Positions 12,661-25,302 are shown, counted from the whole stretch's first letter. The stretch is DNA of 63,036 bases, filler included, from Circinaria calcarea (GCA_051942165.1; 5 parts of 5 records of this genome joined end to end with filler, not necessarily neighbours in it); one strand, 5' to 3'. Notes: generated from the sequence alone by a model not told the origin. Numbers and translations are program-made.

Positions 12661-12989
12661 GCCCCTCTTTGATTTATCAAGCCGATATCCCAGGTCGATG
12701 CGGCGTGCACTCCTGCCGGAAATGCGGTAATTCCTTGGGCATAACGCACCCCGAGAGGTCCGTCCTGAAGACAAAGGGATGGATACCCAATTGATGGTAT
12801 CGCCTTGGTATTCCCTACGCAAGGACCCTTGGCCCAACCACCCCCAGTCACCATGTCGACCTTATCCTGAAGAGAGAGTTTGGCCAGCGCTGCGGTAGCT
12901 TTGGAGTACGCTGCTCCCCAGTTGCCATCTCCAGGAGCGGCACAGATTGGCGCAGCCAAAGCCACAAAGGCAAGTAAAAGGAAGAGCAT
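12661..12989 (-). CDS. Secreted GH3 beta-glucosidase, 5' part only (cut by contig end)
   Basis: Signal peptide MLFLLLAFVALAAPICA followed by W.AAY.KA, GPCVGNT, LCLQDGPLGVR and TAFPAGV.AASTWD. Confidence 0.92.
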
Positions 12990-14009
12990 TTCTGCTGTAG
13001 GGAACTGGGATGAATCCAGAAGAAGACGCAGTTCCAAAAGGCTGGAGAAGGGTTCCCACTGCTTCCTTTAAGCCAAAACTCTGGTAATTTGCCATCCACG
13101 CAAGGAACAGCGACCCAAGCTGTTACTGCTTCTGAATGGCCTCCGTTGTGGTACACGTCAAGGGCTCTGAGGCCCTGGTGACCCTTGTGCATTTTATCCA
13201 TTTCATCCACATTACCCATTTTATCCAGAGCGGGTATGACAAGTCGATATCGAATCGAATCTACCGGCTATTCAAGATTCATGCCCAGATTTGCGGTAAC
13301 ACCGTTACTGCTTTACAATAAGCTGCTGACAGCCTTCGAAGTTAGTAGTCAGTCTCTGGATGTGTCCGGTTCTGCTACTGATAGGTTCGCTTACCGCCCA
13401 TCGCGCCGAATATCGTCAACCCCGCAAAGGCGGATTACTTGCTCCGATGGGTAACGCGTGGTACTAGGAAGCTAACGATACTCTTTTCGACGTCTGTATG
13501 CAGTCAAGGTCATACGACAGGCCAGGACAAAAGATTCGGAAGTGATTTATGGTACAATGTAGCATGGGAGAAACGCGGGGTTTTCTGAGGGCACTAGGTG
13601 ACCAGCCGAGATTCGGTCTGGATAAGAATCATGTTCGAACGGAAATGTTGATACTAGGGAAATCCTAGGGACAGCAAACAGCCATTGAGACAAGCGACCC
13701 AAAGGCATACTTCTTCCACTGTTCTGAACAGGTACCCTCCTTGCAAGATGTCACGAAAAGGCCAGTTTCGCAATGAAGAAGTCCGAGCTGTGCCATCAAA
13801 CAGGTCAAGTACCTATAACACAAAGACTACAGCTCATCTTTGAATGTAGAGAAAGAGCCCTATAGAGAGGCACGAGGGCGAAGTGTGAGATGCCAGAAAT
13901 GGGCGGCACGGTGCTTAAACACAAAAATAGCCTTGTAGGGCTACGTCGGGCCGTTTCTTCAGCCGTCCAGGGGTGACCGGGGGCCAAGCCGACAGACTGG
14001 TACGAATGG

Positions 14010-15262
14010 AGGCGACGGCATGAAAACACGAGTGATAAAGCGGGGCTTTGGGGGGATTATAGTGAATACCCTGCTTAAGCTCCATGCAAAAGCCCCAGGT
14101 AGAAGAAGCTGTTTTGGAGGCAGCGGCTGAAATTTAGTTAAATAGGGGTAACAAAACTTTAGATTTTGCCGCCAGCATGAAAACACGGGATCAAGAGCGG
14201 GGCTCTGGGTATACTATAGCGAGTAGTATCTTTAAGCTGCATGCAAAAGCCCCAGGTAGGAGAAGTTGTTCTGGAGTCAGCGGCTTGAAAAAAATAAATT
14301 AACCCTAACTAAACATAAAGCGAGAAGCCGACGGTACGAATACACCTTGTTAAGCGGGGGGCTTTGGAGAAATCATAGCTACTTATATCGTCAGCGTGTA
14401 TGCCTGAGCCCTCGATAGAAGAAGCTTTTTTAGAGGCAGCGGCTGAAATTTTGCTTAATTAGGGGTAAACAAAAACTTTAAATTATGCCGCCAGCATGAA
14501 AACACGAAGGATAAAGCAGGGCTCCGGGAATATGACGAGTATTACCATACTTAAGCTGTGTGCAAAAGCCCCTGGCAGGAGAAGCCATTCTGGAGCCAGC
14601 GGCTTTAAAAAAGAAATTTAGCCCTAGCTAGAATTCCGCGATCAGCCGACGGTGCGAGTATGCGTTGTTAAGCAGGGGGCTTTCAGAATATAATAACTGC
14701 TTATATTTATAGTATATGTGCTAGAGCCCCCGGCAGCAGAAGCTGTTTTGGAGGCAGCGGCTTAAAAAAAATTTAGCCCTAGCTAGCTGTATATTACGCG
14801 ATCAGCCGGCGTTGCGAGTATAGGGAATTGAACAGGGGGCTTTCAGGATATAACAAATGTTTATATCCCTAGTCTATATACCAAAGCCCCCGTCAGGAAA
14901 AGCTGTTTTGGAGCCAGCGGCTTGAAATATTCGACTAGCCCTAACCCAGCATTAAGCGAAAAGCTGTCCTGGTTTGGCTTAGCGGCTCGCTTCCCGGGGC
15001 CGGATCACGTGACCCACAATGTATTTAGTTTCCTAGTTGTGTGGAGATTCTATCTCTATACTTAAAATTCTAGGTTAATACTGCAACCAGAATTCAGTCC
15101 CTGACAGAAGCCGACGTTAGAGGTACGTGGGCTCAAACGGGAAGGCTTTGGAGCAAAGATGATACAGAGCTTAAGCAATTATTCTGCTGAAGCCGAAACC
15201 CATAGAAATGCCATCCTGGAGCCAACGGCCTGGAAATTATGCACTTAGCCCTAACCAAGCCG
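14010..15262. repeat. Diverged tandem array, period ~159 bp, six units plus a degenerate seventh
   Basis: CAGCGGCT recurs at 14121, 14278, 14437, 14597, 14755 and 14915 (degenerate copy at 15223). Each unit has GGGGCTTT...AAAGCCCC inverted pairs. Confidence 0.9.
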
Positions 15263-16115
15263 CTACGTGAAACAAAAGCACAATTCTTATCATACCCCCA
15301 ACATCTACAAAATCTTCTATCCCTATTTTGGGGCAGTGGACGGTTGCGGAGGGGTACGACCTATACCATACAGGGACTACCAGAAAATGTTTCACACCCC
15401 TTGCCGATTCGTATCGTACGGGTTACGAACTGCTAGGTCCTTTGGCATAAGATTCATTTTGCCGCAGGTGGGGGGTTTTTTATGTGATGGAGGTGAGATG
15501 GTTTCTATTGCTACTGTCTCGTAGCTACTAATACACAGAGTTCTCGTGTGAGGAAGATCCGGGGAACCTCCGTGACAGGGTTTCAACTGTCGCAAGGGAA
15601 AAGTCATTTTCGTGAATAGGGCCTTCTGTCGCCAATATCAATACAAACACTTACGACAGGGACGTTGCGACCGTGACCTCTTGCGAAAGGTGTATCTGGC
15701 CCAGTGATCTTGTAACCATAGCGAATACTTCAGGGCAGTCAGTACCTCCTATGAGTAGAGGTAATTTCCTGTAAATAAAAGGGGATCGGGGGTATGAGAA
15801 TACAATTTCGCCTGTATTCACAGTCTAATTGGAAAGGGATGGGAGAAGGTTGGGGTTACTCGGGTAGGTTTTAGCCGATTTGATCAGTTGGGATTAGGAG
15901 GCAACCCGGGTGCATATTCAAAAGCTGCCCTTTGTTTAAAAGTCATGCTAACAACTCGCGGTGATGGGCACAGGTTTAAGAGTAAAAATCTTACGTGTAT
16001 GTGTAAATGATTAGAGCTTTGAAGCTAACTTCTAAGCAACGGTCTATATGATCACAAACCCGCCAATCTTTTTTTTCACAAGCAAGTACTCGCGGACCAA
16101 GTATATGAAAAGCCG

Positions 16116-17024
16116 TCAGCCTCGACAAGCTCCCTGTCCAGATTCGCTCTTGGGCACGTAGACGATTCCGTCGCACACCAAGCACATGATTATCTCCTTC
16201 GTCGACCACGTGCCCGAATCAGGCTGTTGGCACTTCGGACACGCAATCGGCGCTGGTCTGTTTCTCTGCCCGGCTGCTAAACCAGTCATGCCGTGGATGA
16301 TGCGGTAATGCGTTCTTTTAAGCTCCAACTTTCGCCTGATGAATTGCCTTCTGATTTCTCTGGCTATCGCGTTACTGCAAGGCAAACACGTCCATCTGCA
16401 GCGGAATACGTCAGGGCAGATACAGGTGTTGCAGCCTAGGGGGTGTTGCGTTATCTGATCTCCAGAGCAAGTGTTGCAGAGGGGCTCGGTTGTGAAACCG
16501 ACTCCATTGAGTGTCGCCCAACTTCGATTTGGGTTGCGGGGGTTCGTCATGGCTGCACCTCCTGTGCAGCTATAGCAATATCCGAGCCGGCTATCACCCT
16601 GTCTGTTATCATCTGGAGGAAGTGGCGTCCCAGGAAAATCCTTATCGCTGGCGCATATAGAGCTTTCACAGTAGCGTGTGGCGCTGTGGCTAGTCAGGCC
16701 ATTCGGACACTGAGTTATGTTCTCCTCAAGAGTGTGGTAAAAGCCGCTCCGGGACCATGACCTCAGCTGTCCTTGACATTGTGCGTCCAGGCGATGGAGA
16801 TGACGTAGATTTCTGATTAAGCCATGTAACTCTAGAGATTGCGCGAGTCGCCTGCTGCATAGACGGAGTTGTTCAACGTCGCCCATGTTAAGGTATTTGA
16901 ATATAACGTTGGTAGCATCCCTCGCAAGACAATCGAAGATAATCTCGAGTCCCGAAAGATTGGGGTTTTCCGTATCGACGCGGCTTTGTTGAAGCATCGT
17001 TGGAACTGCGTATTGTCCAGCCAT
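16116..17024 (-). CDS. Intronless hypothetical protein with an F-box-like N-terminal segment and a Cys-rich C-terminus
   Basis: 302-aa ORF. LEIIFDCL..NVIFKYLNMGDVEQLRLCSRRL resembles an F-box; several CxxC pairs follow (CYSC, CNTC, CLPC, CPKC, CLVC). Confidence 0.6.
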   Translation of the reverse strand: MAGQYAVPTMLQQSRVDTENPNLSGLEIIFDCLARDATNVIFKYLNMGDVEQLRLCSRRLAQSLELHGLIRNLRHLHRLDAQCQGQLRSWSRSGFYHTLEENITQCPNGLTSHSATRYCESSICASDKDFPGTPLPPDDNRQGDSRLGYCYSCTGGAAMTNPRNPNRSWATLNGVGFTTEPLCNTCSGDQITQHPLGCNTCICPDVFRCRWTCLPCSNAIAREIRRQFIRRKLELKRTHYRIIHGMTGLAAGQRNRPAPIACPKCQQPDSGTWSTKEIIMCLVCDGIVYVPKSESGQGACRG

Positions 17025-19400
17025 TGTGATGGCTCCTCTGTCAATGAGCTGATCTGTTTGGAGTCAAAGGCACCGATTGTAGCTGATATTGCTTTATTTT
17101 GTAGAGTGATGAGCTGTGGAATAATGTGCTGAGAGAACATCCTATAGGGACTATTATCAGTGGGATCCTAAACACCTTTATTGGTAAGGAAGGGAAGCTC
17201 CTTTGTTGCTGGGTGTCACCTTGTCTCGGCCTGGTGTGAGTCAAGACCACTGACTTTGAATAAAGACCACGAAGCATTCTTAACAATGGTATAGTTGATC
17301 TTGCACTTGGGAGACTAAAGAAAAACAATTCCATTCAAAATCGAACAATACAACCAGAGACCTACGAGTGAAGTGATTCACGAGAGTTTAAGATTAATGT
17401 TGTAGTAACCATGCCTATTAAGAAGAGAAACATGGGGAACTTGGACCTTGCATACTTTGATGCACTAGTACGGTTAATACAAGCTCAGCTTCTCATACGG
17501 CTCATCAAGAGCTTTGTTGTATGGTTAGCTTGATTATAGTAGGGACCATATAGGATATCCGTGGTACTCTATTCCACCTTGATTCCATATCTCGATTGGT
17601 GCTCTATATATCATAAGTGACACCAGCTTAGTCGAGAAGCTGAAATGTAAGTCCCTAGGTCATAGTCTACTCCTCCCAACATACTATAGCTTCCCATAGC
17701 GGGGGAGATCGCATGACCCATGAACGGCTTAGGAAGTGTCTTTTTACGATTTGCGTTGAGGCTATTCGTATCGTAATAGTTTCGACAGCAGTCTGTGACC
17801 GTAATGGCTTGGGTTCATGACGATCTTGTTGATCAGTTGACCAAGCTTTGCGCTGTGTATAGGGCACCGAACGTAATTGGATTTCGCAGAGAGACCAAAT
17901 CTGTATGGAAGAGAGCATACCTTCTCCCTATCGTGATTCGGCTCATTCGAGGAGATCTTAGGCTTGTTCTAAGCGTTCTGCTCTCTCACCCGTAAAGCTT
18001 TCTGTATACTTTGCACCATCATACCCCTCCCTTCGCTTCAGCGCTGCTTCTTCTGGTATTCCTCCTTCCATCGTATCTCGACCTATCGTAGACGCCATAC
18101 TAGTTTTTCACCCGGTTCCTCAGCGATGAGGACCGAAATTTTGCCACGGTGCCTATTTTTGAAAACCTTTCATACTTAGAGGGGGGATGGTAGGCTCTGT
18201 AGCTTCGAATAGCTGAGAGGGGTCCGTCGCAGAGTAAGACTTTGGAGTGTCTAAGGCCAAAAGGACTTCTCCGCTGTGGTATGGGAACCCTGCGAAGAGC
18301 TAAAGCATATGTCTGACAACCTTACTTTCGTTTGGGGAATGAGATAGCAGCGGAGACCAATGGGTTTGGTATCATCCTGCTACACTTTTCGCCTTCCGGC
18401 CTGCGCCTATAGATCCGATTTGAACGGATGCCAGCCGTACAGACGCGGTATTTCGCTGCTGCGCCTTCAATCTCGCATTAATGGGTATCATTCACTCGTG
18501 AGACTTTCATGTTTATTGGCAGCAAGACCGTATTTTCCAGGGCTCGTAACCTCAAATTGCCAAGTTATGCCGAAGTTTAAAAAGGGAAGACGCCCGCTAA
18601 TTTTCGTGCTCTAGTAGAAAACAGGAGCATTAAAGGGAGGGGCATTACGTCTTCAAAAGCAAATGCGCGATATGGCTGCGAAATGTATATATGTAGGTTT
18701 TGAATGCTACACATATCTGGTGGAGAAACATAGATAGAGACGTATAATAAGGAAGTGAATTAAGGGTACTTATCTAAGATTGTAAGCGCAAACACTATTC
18801 TATCAAAACAGATTGAATAGCCCCAGTCAGATGATAGAAGGCTTAATCGTGAGGAGTAAAGGATAGAGCATGATATAAAAAGAGCCTGGAGACTTTAAAA
18901 GGACTTGGGGGAATTTTGACGAGGGAGCTTTGGTGGGAATTTAAGGGGAAGAGGTAGCGGGTTGATTGACTGCTGGAGGTGAAATTGTGAGAGTTCATAA
19001 AGATTTAGAGTGTGATATAATACAATAGATGCGGAATACGCCGTGATTGTTTAACAGGATTTAGCAGTTAGTGCACAACCATATAAGAGCCAGATGCGAG
19101 AAACGACGCCGGGTTTTGACAGCGTTAAGGCTTGTCAGACAAACAAAAATCTGGGTATATGAAGAGTTCCTAGTAATACCAAGAGCCAGCTCTAAGAAGT
19201 GAAACCAACACCAGATGTCTGCAAGCGCAAGTTAAACAACAAGTAGGAATACAAAATATAAAGTGACAGGACTCACAATTCTAACATTGAACAGCCCTGT
19301 TGCAGAGGACCGTGACTGTAACGTGAGATCTTTTGATAAGCTGGAGATATGTCAGAGATGCGTCTGTTATCGCTATCAATCTGATATTCTGCGAAATTTA

Positions 19401-20431
19401 TCATAGTTTATCATGGGTACTCAACCAAAGAAAGTCCGGGAAGGGATGCGACGGCGACGCAAAGAAAAGTAAAAGTGAGCGCGGCACGTCAACATCAATG
19501 TCCACCTGTTTCATGAGATGAAGAAGTGGGATGTAGATTTGGGTTCCGGTGAGCAGCATCAAGACTGTAGACAGCGAAAGTTTTGGAGTCACTGCCTGTA
19601 CCAATCTGGGTTGTTTGGATAAGGCTGAGTGTTGAATGGTCGATAGTTCGGCAGTTGTTCGTAGCCTGTAGGTAGACTTGGCCCCTGACGTGCCATTGGA
19701 TAGCCACCGGGGTATGGCATCGCAGCAGAGTTGAAGTGCTGTGGAAAGGTTTGATAGCTTATTGACGACTGATCCACCGCCGAGTCTTGAGGATGCCACG
19801 GTGACTGTGTACAAGCATAGTTGGTATCATTCCTAGTTTACCGTCAGCATAATAGTCAAGGCAATCGGTGGAAGGTAGGAAGACGATACCTTGCGAAGTA
19901 AGAAGCATGAGAATCCCCGTAACCTACAGGTTCTTGAACCCTTCCATACTGAGCATGAACATAACCTTCTTCAAGTAGAGAAAAGGGTATGGTCCTAGAA
20001 GAGATCAGCTGCGTGATACATATTTTGAAAAGCTTGTCACTAACCTCGTTGGCTGGGGGCTTACAACAAAGGTGGTCTGAGGCGCTATGAGTCTCTGAGT
20101 GCCTCCATCGTCCCAATGTGAATCCGATTCCGGACTGTTCATAGCCATATTGGATGAAGTAGGGGGTCTAGTCTTTAGGATTTTCCATTGACGTCGACGG
20201 CGTTCCCATCGTTTGAGCCTATGAACCAAATATCGTTAAAGCCGTAATCTTGTAGGGCTTCCGTATAACTGACGTTACATCGAGACCGCATCTCTCCTTG
20301 AACAGCTGCTGAACTTCCGGAAGTGTGCAGTCATGGTCGATGTACCACTCCCTAAATTGGTCCTTGTATGGCTCCAATTCTCGGGTAGCTGGAGTTCTCG
20401 GGACGGAAGGCTTGGGAGGGCGACTGTCCAT
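19401..20431 (-). CDS. Clr5-domain protein (3' end uncertain)
   Basis: LEPYKDQFREWYIDHDCTLPEVQQLFKERCGLDVT spliced (GTCAGT..CATAG) to LKRWERRRRQWKILK matches the Clr5 domain pattern. Downstream exons are low-complexity P/Y/Q-rich. Confidence 0.6.
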
Positions 20432-23400
20432 CCTGGGCTATATTGCTGGTCGGTGTAGCAAATGCAGAAGCAGAAGGGTGGCCCTTGGCCTTAGCCTTTA
20501 TATGGCCAGACAGCATAGAAATGACCCGAGCCAGTAGTCGCGGAGTCGAAAGGAGTGGCATGATCAAGGGTATATTTCCTCTGCTGCCTCAACAGCTCCT
20601 GGCCAGACAATGGCACTCGCCCGTACTATGGCATTCCTTGCGAAGCAATATGGTACTCGACAGTCAGCATAATCGAATTCCAATCAGAATTTTATGAAAA
20701 CCACCGCGGGCCACTGCCACCAGTAGTTGATTGGCAACGTGCGGATTGGCAAGGGGTGGTAACCCGGGATCCCCACAAAGCCTAGGCACGTGTTGGACTT
20801 TCCAACGTGCGAGATCTTGTGTCAAAAACGAGGTAGAGCGAGACATGCATATAGTGTAGGATTTCACGATTCGCCACTTTCAAGCTGCACGAACCAAACA
20901 GAATGCTGGTGGAAGCCTCGATCAGCACCAGCGGGATCCTCTTCTGACATCTAATCCAGGCGAGAACCTTACAACGGTCACGATAATCCCTTGTTCCGAG
21001 GGTTCAGTTGGCCACCATCTCCTGCAGTTGACCGGCACATCTTGCGTCATTGAATTTGGAATAAGGTAAACATCGATCACCTGGCACGGGGTAAATAGAC
21101 CACCATTGGCATCGATTGCCGACTCTTCAATGATCTTCCCTTGGGTGTTGCACAAGCAATGGCAGTTCCCTACATGAGGCGGGGCGGAGCTCGTTTCATC
21201 GGCTCATTCCGCTAATTAGGCAGAAGCTCACAAGATGAGCCTCTCTCATTCGATATTCCCAATGACAGTCCCGCCTAGCTGGCATAACGGCCCTGGACTC
21301 GGGCTCATTTGTCCAAACGCAGCGGCAGCGGCAGTAGAGGAGTCGTGATGGAGCACGCTTCCAGGACCGGCAACTGTCAGTCAGGCTGTGGGATCAAAAT
21401 AGAATGGGGTGTTTCTCACCAAATTTACGCTATATGGTAACCAGGATGGGGCGGACAACTTGCGGCTTCCAGAGTATCTATTCTATCTCTCTTTGATCCC
21501 AAGCACACTTTGGCTGGTTGCTTTGTGAGGAAATCCGATAGGCAAGTGGACGAGATCACTAGCAGGCACGGCAGGGGCATGGCCACAGGGGTCGCCTCAT
21601 GTCGACGCCCGAGAATGTCGGGACTCCATTACCTCTAACGCCCTGGGCCAACTGCCTTCTCCCTCATCATACGGCCGCAGCCGCCTTCTTCTCGTATCAA
21701 CCCGTTAAGCAGTTGATGGAGTATCCGTGGGATGTATTTCGTTGCCGTTCCTTCGTGTATGCGGTCGTCCTTCGCTAATGAAAGGTAGGCTGACAATCTT
21801 CTGTACATGCTCCCACAAATGAAGGTTCCTGGTAGTCTAATGCAGGAGTACTGGTTCGTCTGATCTTCGGGCCAATCCCGATGTCAAAATGCCGTCCTCC
21901 CCGAACCAACCACTGTGGCGTGTTGCGACCCGGGACCCGCCTATATTTGGATTCTTCGATGTCCTGCATCATGCACGAGTGTTCGGGTGACCATTAAGCT
22001 CATCATACCCCTATTTGCAGTACGCAAGGCTGTACCGGTCTCCTTGGCTATTGGCCACGCATGACACGGGCAGATCCTTACAGGGGCTCCTATATCCTCC
22101 ATTCAAAATAGAGTTAGATACTCCACCATTACTTCTTGTGTCACGATATAAACTCGGTCGCGGCCTTTCTCAATGGTAACTGATATGACAGACACTGGTG
22201 CCTCGCTACTATGTCAGTGCCTTTGCTTCACTTGGTTCTCCTTGCTGGCACGTGGCCTAACTATCTTATAAGACCCTGGGCACATCTAGCATTTCTTATG
22301 TGGTTTAACTATATTTAGTGATTGCACACCTATATTTATACATACTGAAGGTCGTCATTTCTTCCTAGGAGGTATCACAAGTGCTCAAGGGGTGTCACAG
22401 TCGCAATTCTAGCTTCTTCAGTAATAACACCAACACCCAAGTCCCTTCAATCCATACGCTTCACTTTTCGTACGCCACGAGGCTATACCTAGCAACAGAA
22501 CCCCTAATCGAGCAATCATCAATATTTAAAAATACCAAATATAGTAATACGGATACCCCGTGGATCCGCGAATGGTTATCATCGCGTGGAGAGAACCAAT
22601 GCACCATTCATATGTACGAAAGCCAAGGCGAGACGAAGTCTCGTATGTATGGACATCGAAGTCCGAGCCATGGCTTACAAACCATCTGTCGCACCCACCG
22701 CCGGTGTATTAGAGCATAAATTGTCAAGGCGGCTAATGTTGAGCTTGGATTGGGGAATCTGAAGAGACAAGGGTATGATATGGGCTATGGGTGCTCTGAT
22801 AAATGGATTTCCAAATCAGCTCTCCAGCGCTTCCTTACATACCAACACCGCACTAGCCTATCCTTAATAAGACCTAAATTCTCCTCTCCATCATGGATTT
22901 TGTGGACGAATACCAACGCTATATTTTATTCATACCGACTCCGCTTGTACTCGCTGGCTTTAAGGCTTTCCACACAAGGTCAAGTCAACGCTTGGCACGT
23001 TAGGGACGATGGCAGAAAACAGATTTTACCTTCATGAACACGGTAATAGAACAAAGGTGATATCCATCGACCCTTTTCTCTCTAAACGAAAAAGAGAAAT
23101 TGGCGGCACTGTCCTCAGCGACCTAAAGAATAAGCAAAGTGTATGGTCTTGCCGCCATAATTTTCGATGTTAGCCACAAGTAATATCTCCAATGGTACAT
23201 TCCACTGAGATGACCCAAACAAGATTATAACCTCATTGGTGACGGCCTGACAATATCATTGCAGCATGGCGCAAACAAGATGACGGCTATGACCCGCTCG
23301 TCTTTTCTCGGGATGCCATAGTTCCATACCACCATCTATTTCATCTAGGAAACAAGCTAGCCAAATATATCATTTGCACTCTTGACTACTATACCAACAT

Positions 23401-24699
23401 ATTCCATCCAATCGTCCACAATATAACTGACCCTGGAAGTTCAATAAACCCTCCCATTCCCGCCGCATAAATTCTCCTCAAACGTCACCAACTTCTATTG
23501 GTCGCAGCCCCTTTCCGCCACAACTCAGACTAGACTTTTGCCACCGACATCCTCTCCTCGTTCCCCTTCGACCATTTCCTGAAACACGGAGTATGAAAAG
23601 CTATACCGCCCTAACATTCAACAAGACTAATATTCTATCTAGATACGAACCCGAATCACATCGCATACCTTTCATCACAAACAATTCTTACCTCCCAAGT
23701 CAAACTGCCTCTCTCCCTACCCGGAGGCCTAATCCTCTGAAGAGTTTTCCGTCGCCGCACAAGGGTCTTAATATTTCAACCCTACGAAGCGATAAAATCC
23801 TGGCCGAGATTCCCAACTTCCATCCTGATCTTTGAGCCACCATTCCCCAAGTGCTGCTCTGGCTTTCCGGACAGCTTCGTTCCTTGGCTACAAGGTATGA
23901 ATGATGTCGGACTGGAGATCACACGGACTAGTCGCAGCATGTTTCACGGCTCGGTATGCCAAAGCCAAACTCTACGGGATACCCAAAGGGTGGCCCCTTT
24001 TTTTTTTTTTTTTTTTTTCCCCCCCCCGCCAAATCCACCCGCCCTATCCATGTCTAGAAAAGAGCGACACGGCAAAACCATTACAAAAGTCTAGGACCAA
24101 AGAGTCTCCAGTGCCGCCGTGAAATTCCCCCCATCCCACTTCTCGCTCGGGATCCGTTCGGCCGCACTGGACGACTTCACTTCTGATACGCAGGTTACAG
24201 ACGCATGATGTATAAAGTATATCATAGATTCATCCCGAGAGAGGCATCCGCCCATATCGAACAATCCCATAGAAAGGGGGATCGGGGAACCGGAACCCCC
24301 CCTCGATTAGATCTCCCGTCATCTCAGTCTCCCCATTTACCACCAGTAAAAAGCTTCGAAAGGAAACCTGACCCATTACCCCATACCATGAACCTTCTCG
24401 CACTTTTCTGCACTTTTCCGCATCCTCAACCTCCTCAAAACCCATCAAAACCTTAGCTTTCCCCTTTTCCCCAATTTTTGGTTTCTTCTCCATCCAGCCG
24501 AGAAATAAACGACCCCCCGCGCTTTTTTTCTAACAACACAGTACTAGGGAGGGAAAAGGGGGAGCGCGCCGAAACGGATTCCTTCCCCCTCGAAAGGGAG
24601 AAAGGGTCATCATGGTCATCATCATTCAATTCATTAGTCTTCAATTCATCCAGACTCAACTACCTGAGCAATCCCTTGTGACCGGCTATCTGCCCGCAA

Positions 24700-24810
24700 C
24701 ATATCATATCATATCATCAACTAGGTATCCATCCATCCAACCAATTCATCCATCCATCCAACCAACCAATTAATTCATCCAACCAACAAACCAATTCATC
24801 CAATTCATAT
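24700..24810. repeat. (ATATC)n / (CCAT,CCAA)n microsatellite
   Basis: Direct reading of the sequence. Confidence 0.8.
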
Positions 24811-25202
24811 GCAAAAAACCATTTGATATGCTTTAAGCAAAAAAAAATGGGCTATAATGGAAAATCCATGGAACCAAAGCTAACAGACCCGGTCGTTATG
24901 CCAGCTCGCCGGGCGAAAAAAGGTTCGAAAACGCCAAAATGTCCACTCCACATGCCTAGATCCTAGGAAAAATTCCGTCCCCATGTTCTCGTAAAGATTG
25001 CTCGTGAGGGAAAAATGAAAAAGATGGGATAGACCGTTAAATCGTTAAGACAAATGCTCCTGAGATATCTCTTGTCCGTCCGTATATTCGTTTAATATTT
25101 CCGGTTCCTGGTTTCGTGCTCCCCAATCGTTGGGGCCCTTTACTACCCCCTCCCTCCCCTGTTCCCTATGCTCGCCTTTTCCAACTCTACCGCCTTCTCC
25201 CT

Positions 25203-25302
25203 NNNNNNNNNNNNNNNNNNNNNNNNNNNNNNNNNNNNNNNNNNNNTTAATTAATTAANNNNNNNNNNNNNNNNNNNNNNNNNNNNNNNNNNNNNNNNNN
25301 NN
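25203..25302. other. Artificial contig linker
   Basis: N44-TTAATTAATTAA-N44. Confidence 0.98.

Noticed and set aside
12661..12989. GH3 glucosidase as part of the contig-1 cluster
   Set aside because: It lies across an artificial linker, so adjacency is meaningless.
14010..15262. CRISPR array
   Set aside because: The repeats alternate in orientation and are diverged, the spacers are related to each other, there are no cas genes and the context is eukaryotic. Kept as an unexplained repeat instead.
22890..23990. Possible plus-strand pseudogene (protein-like fragments with stops)
   Set aside because: No family motif recognised and frames are inconsistent; needs BLASTx.
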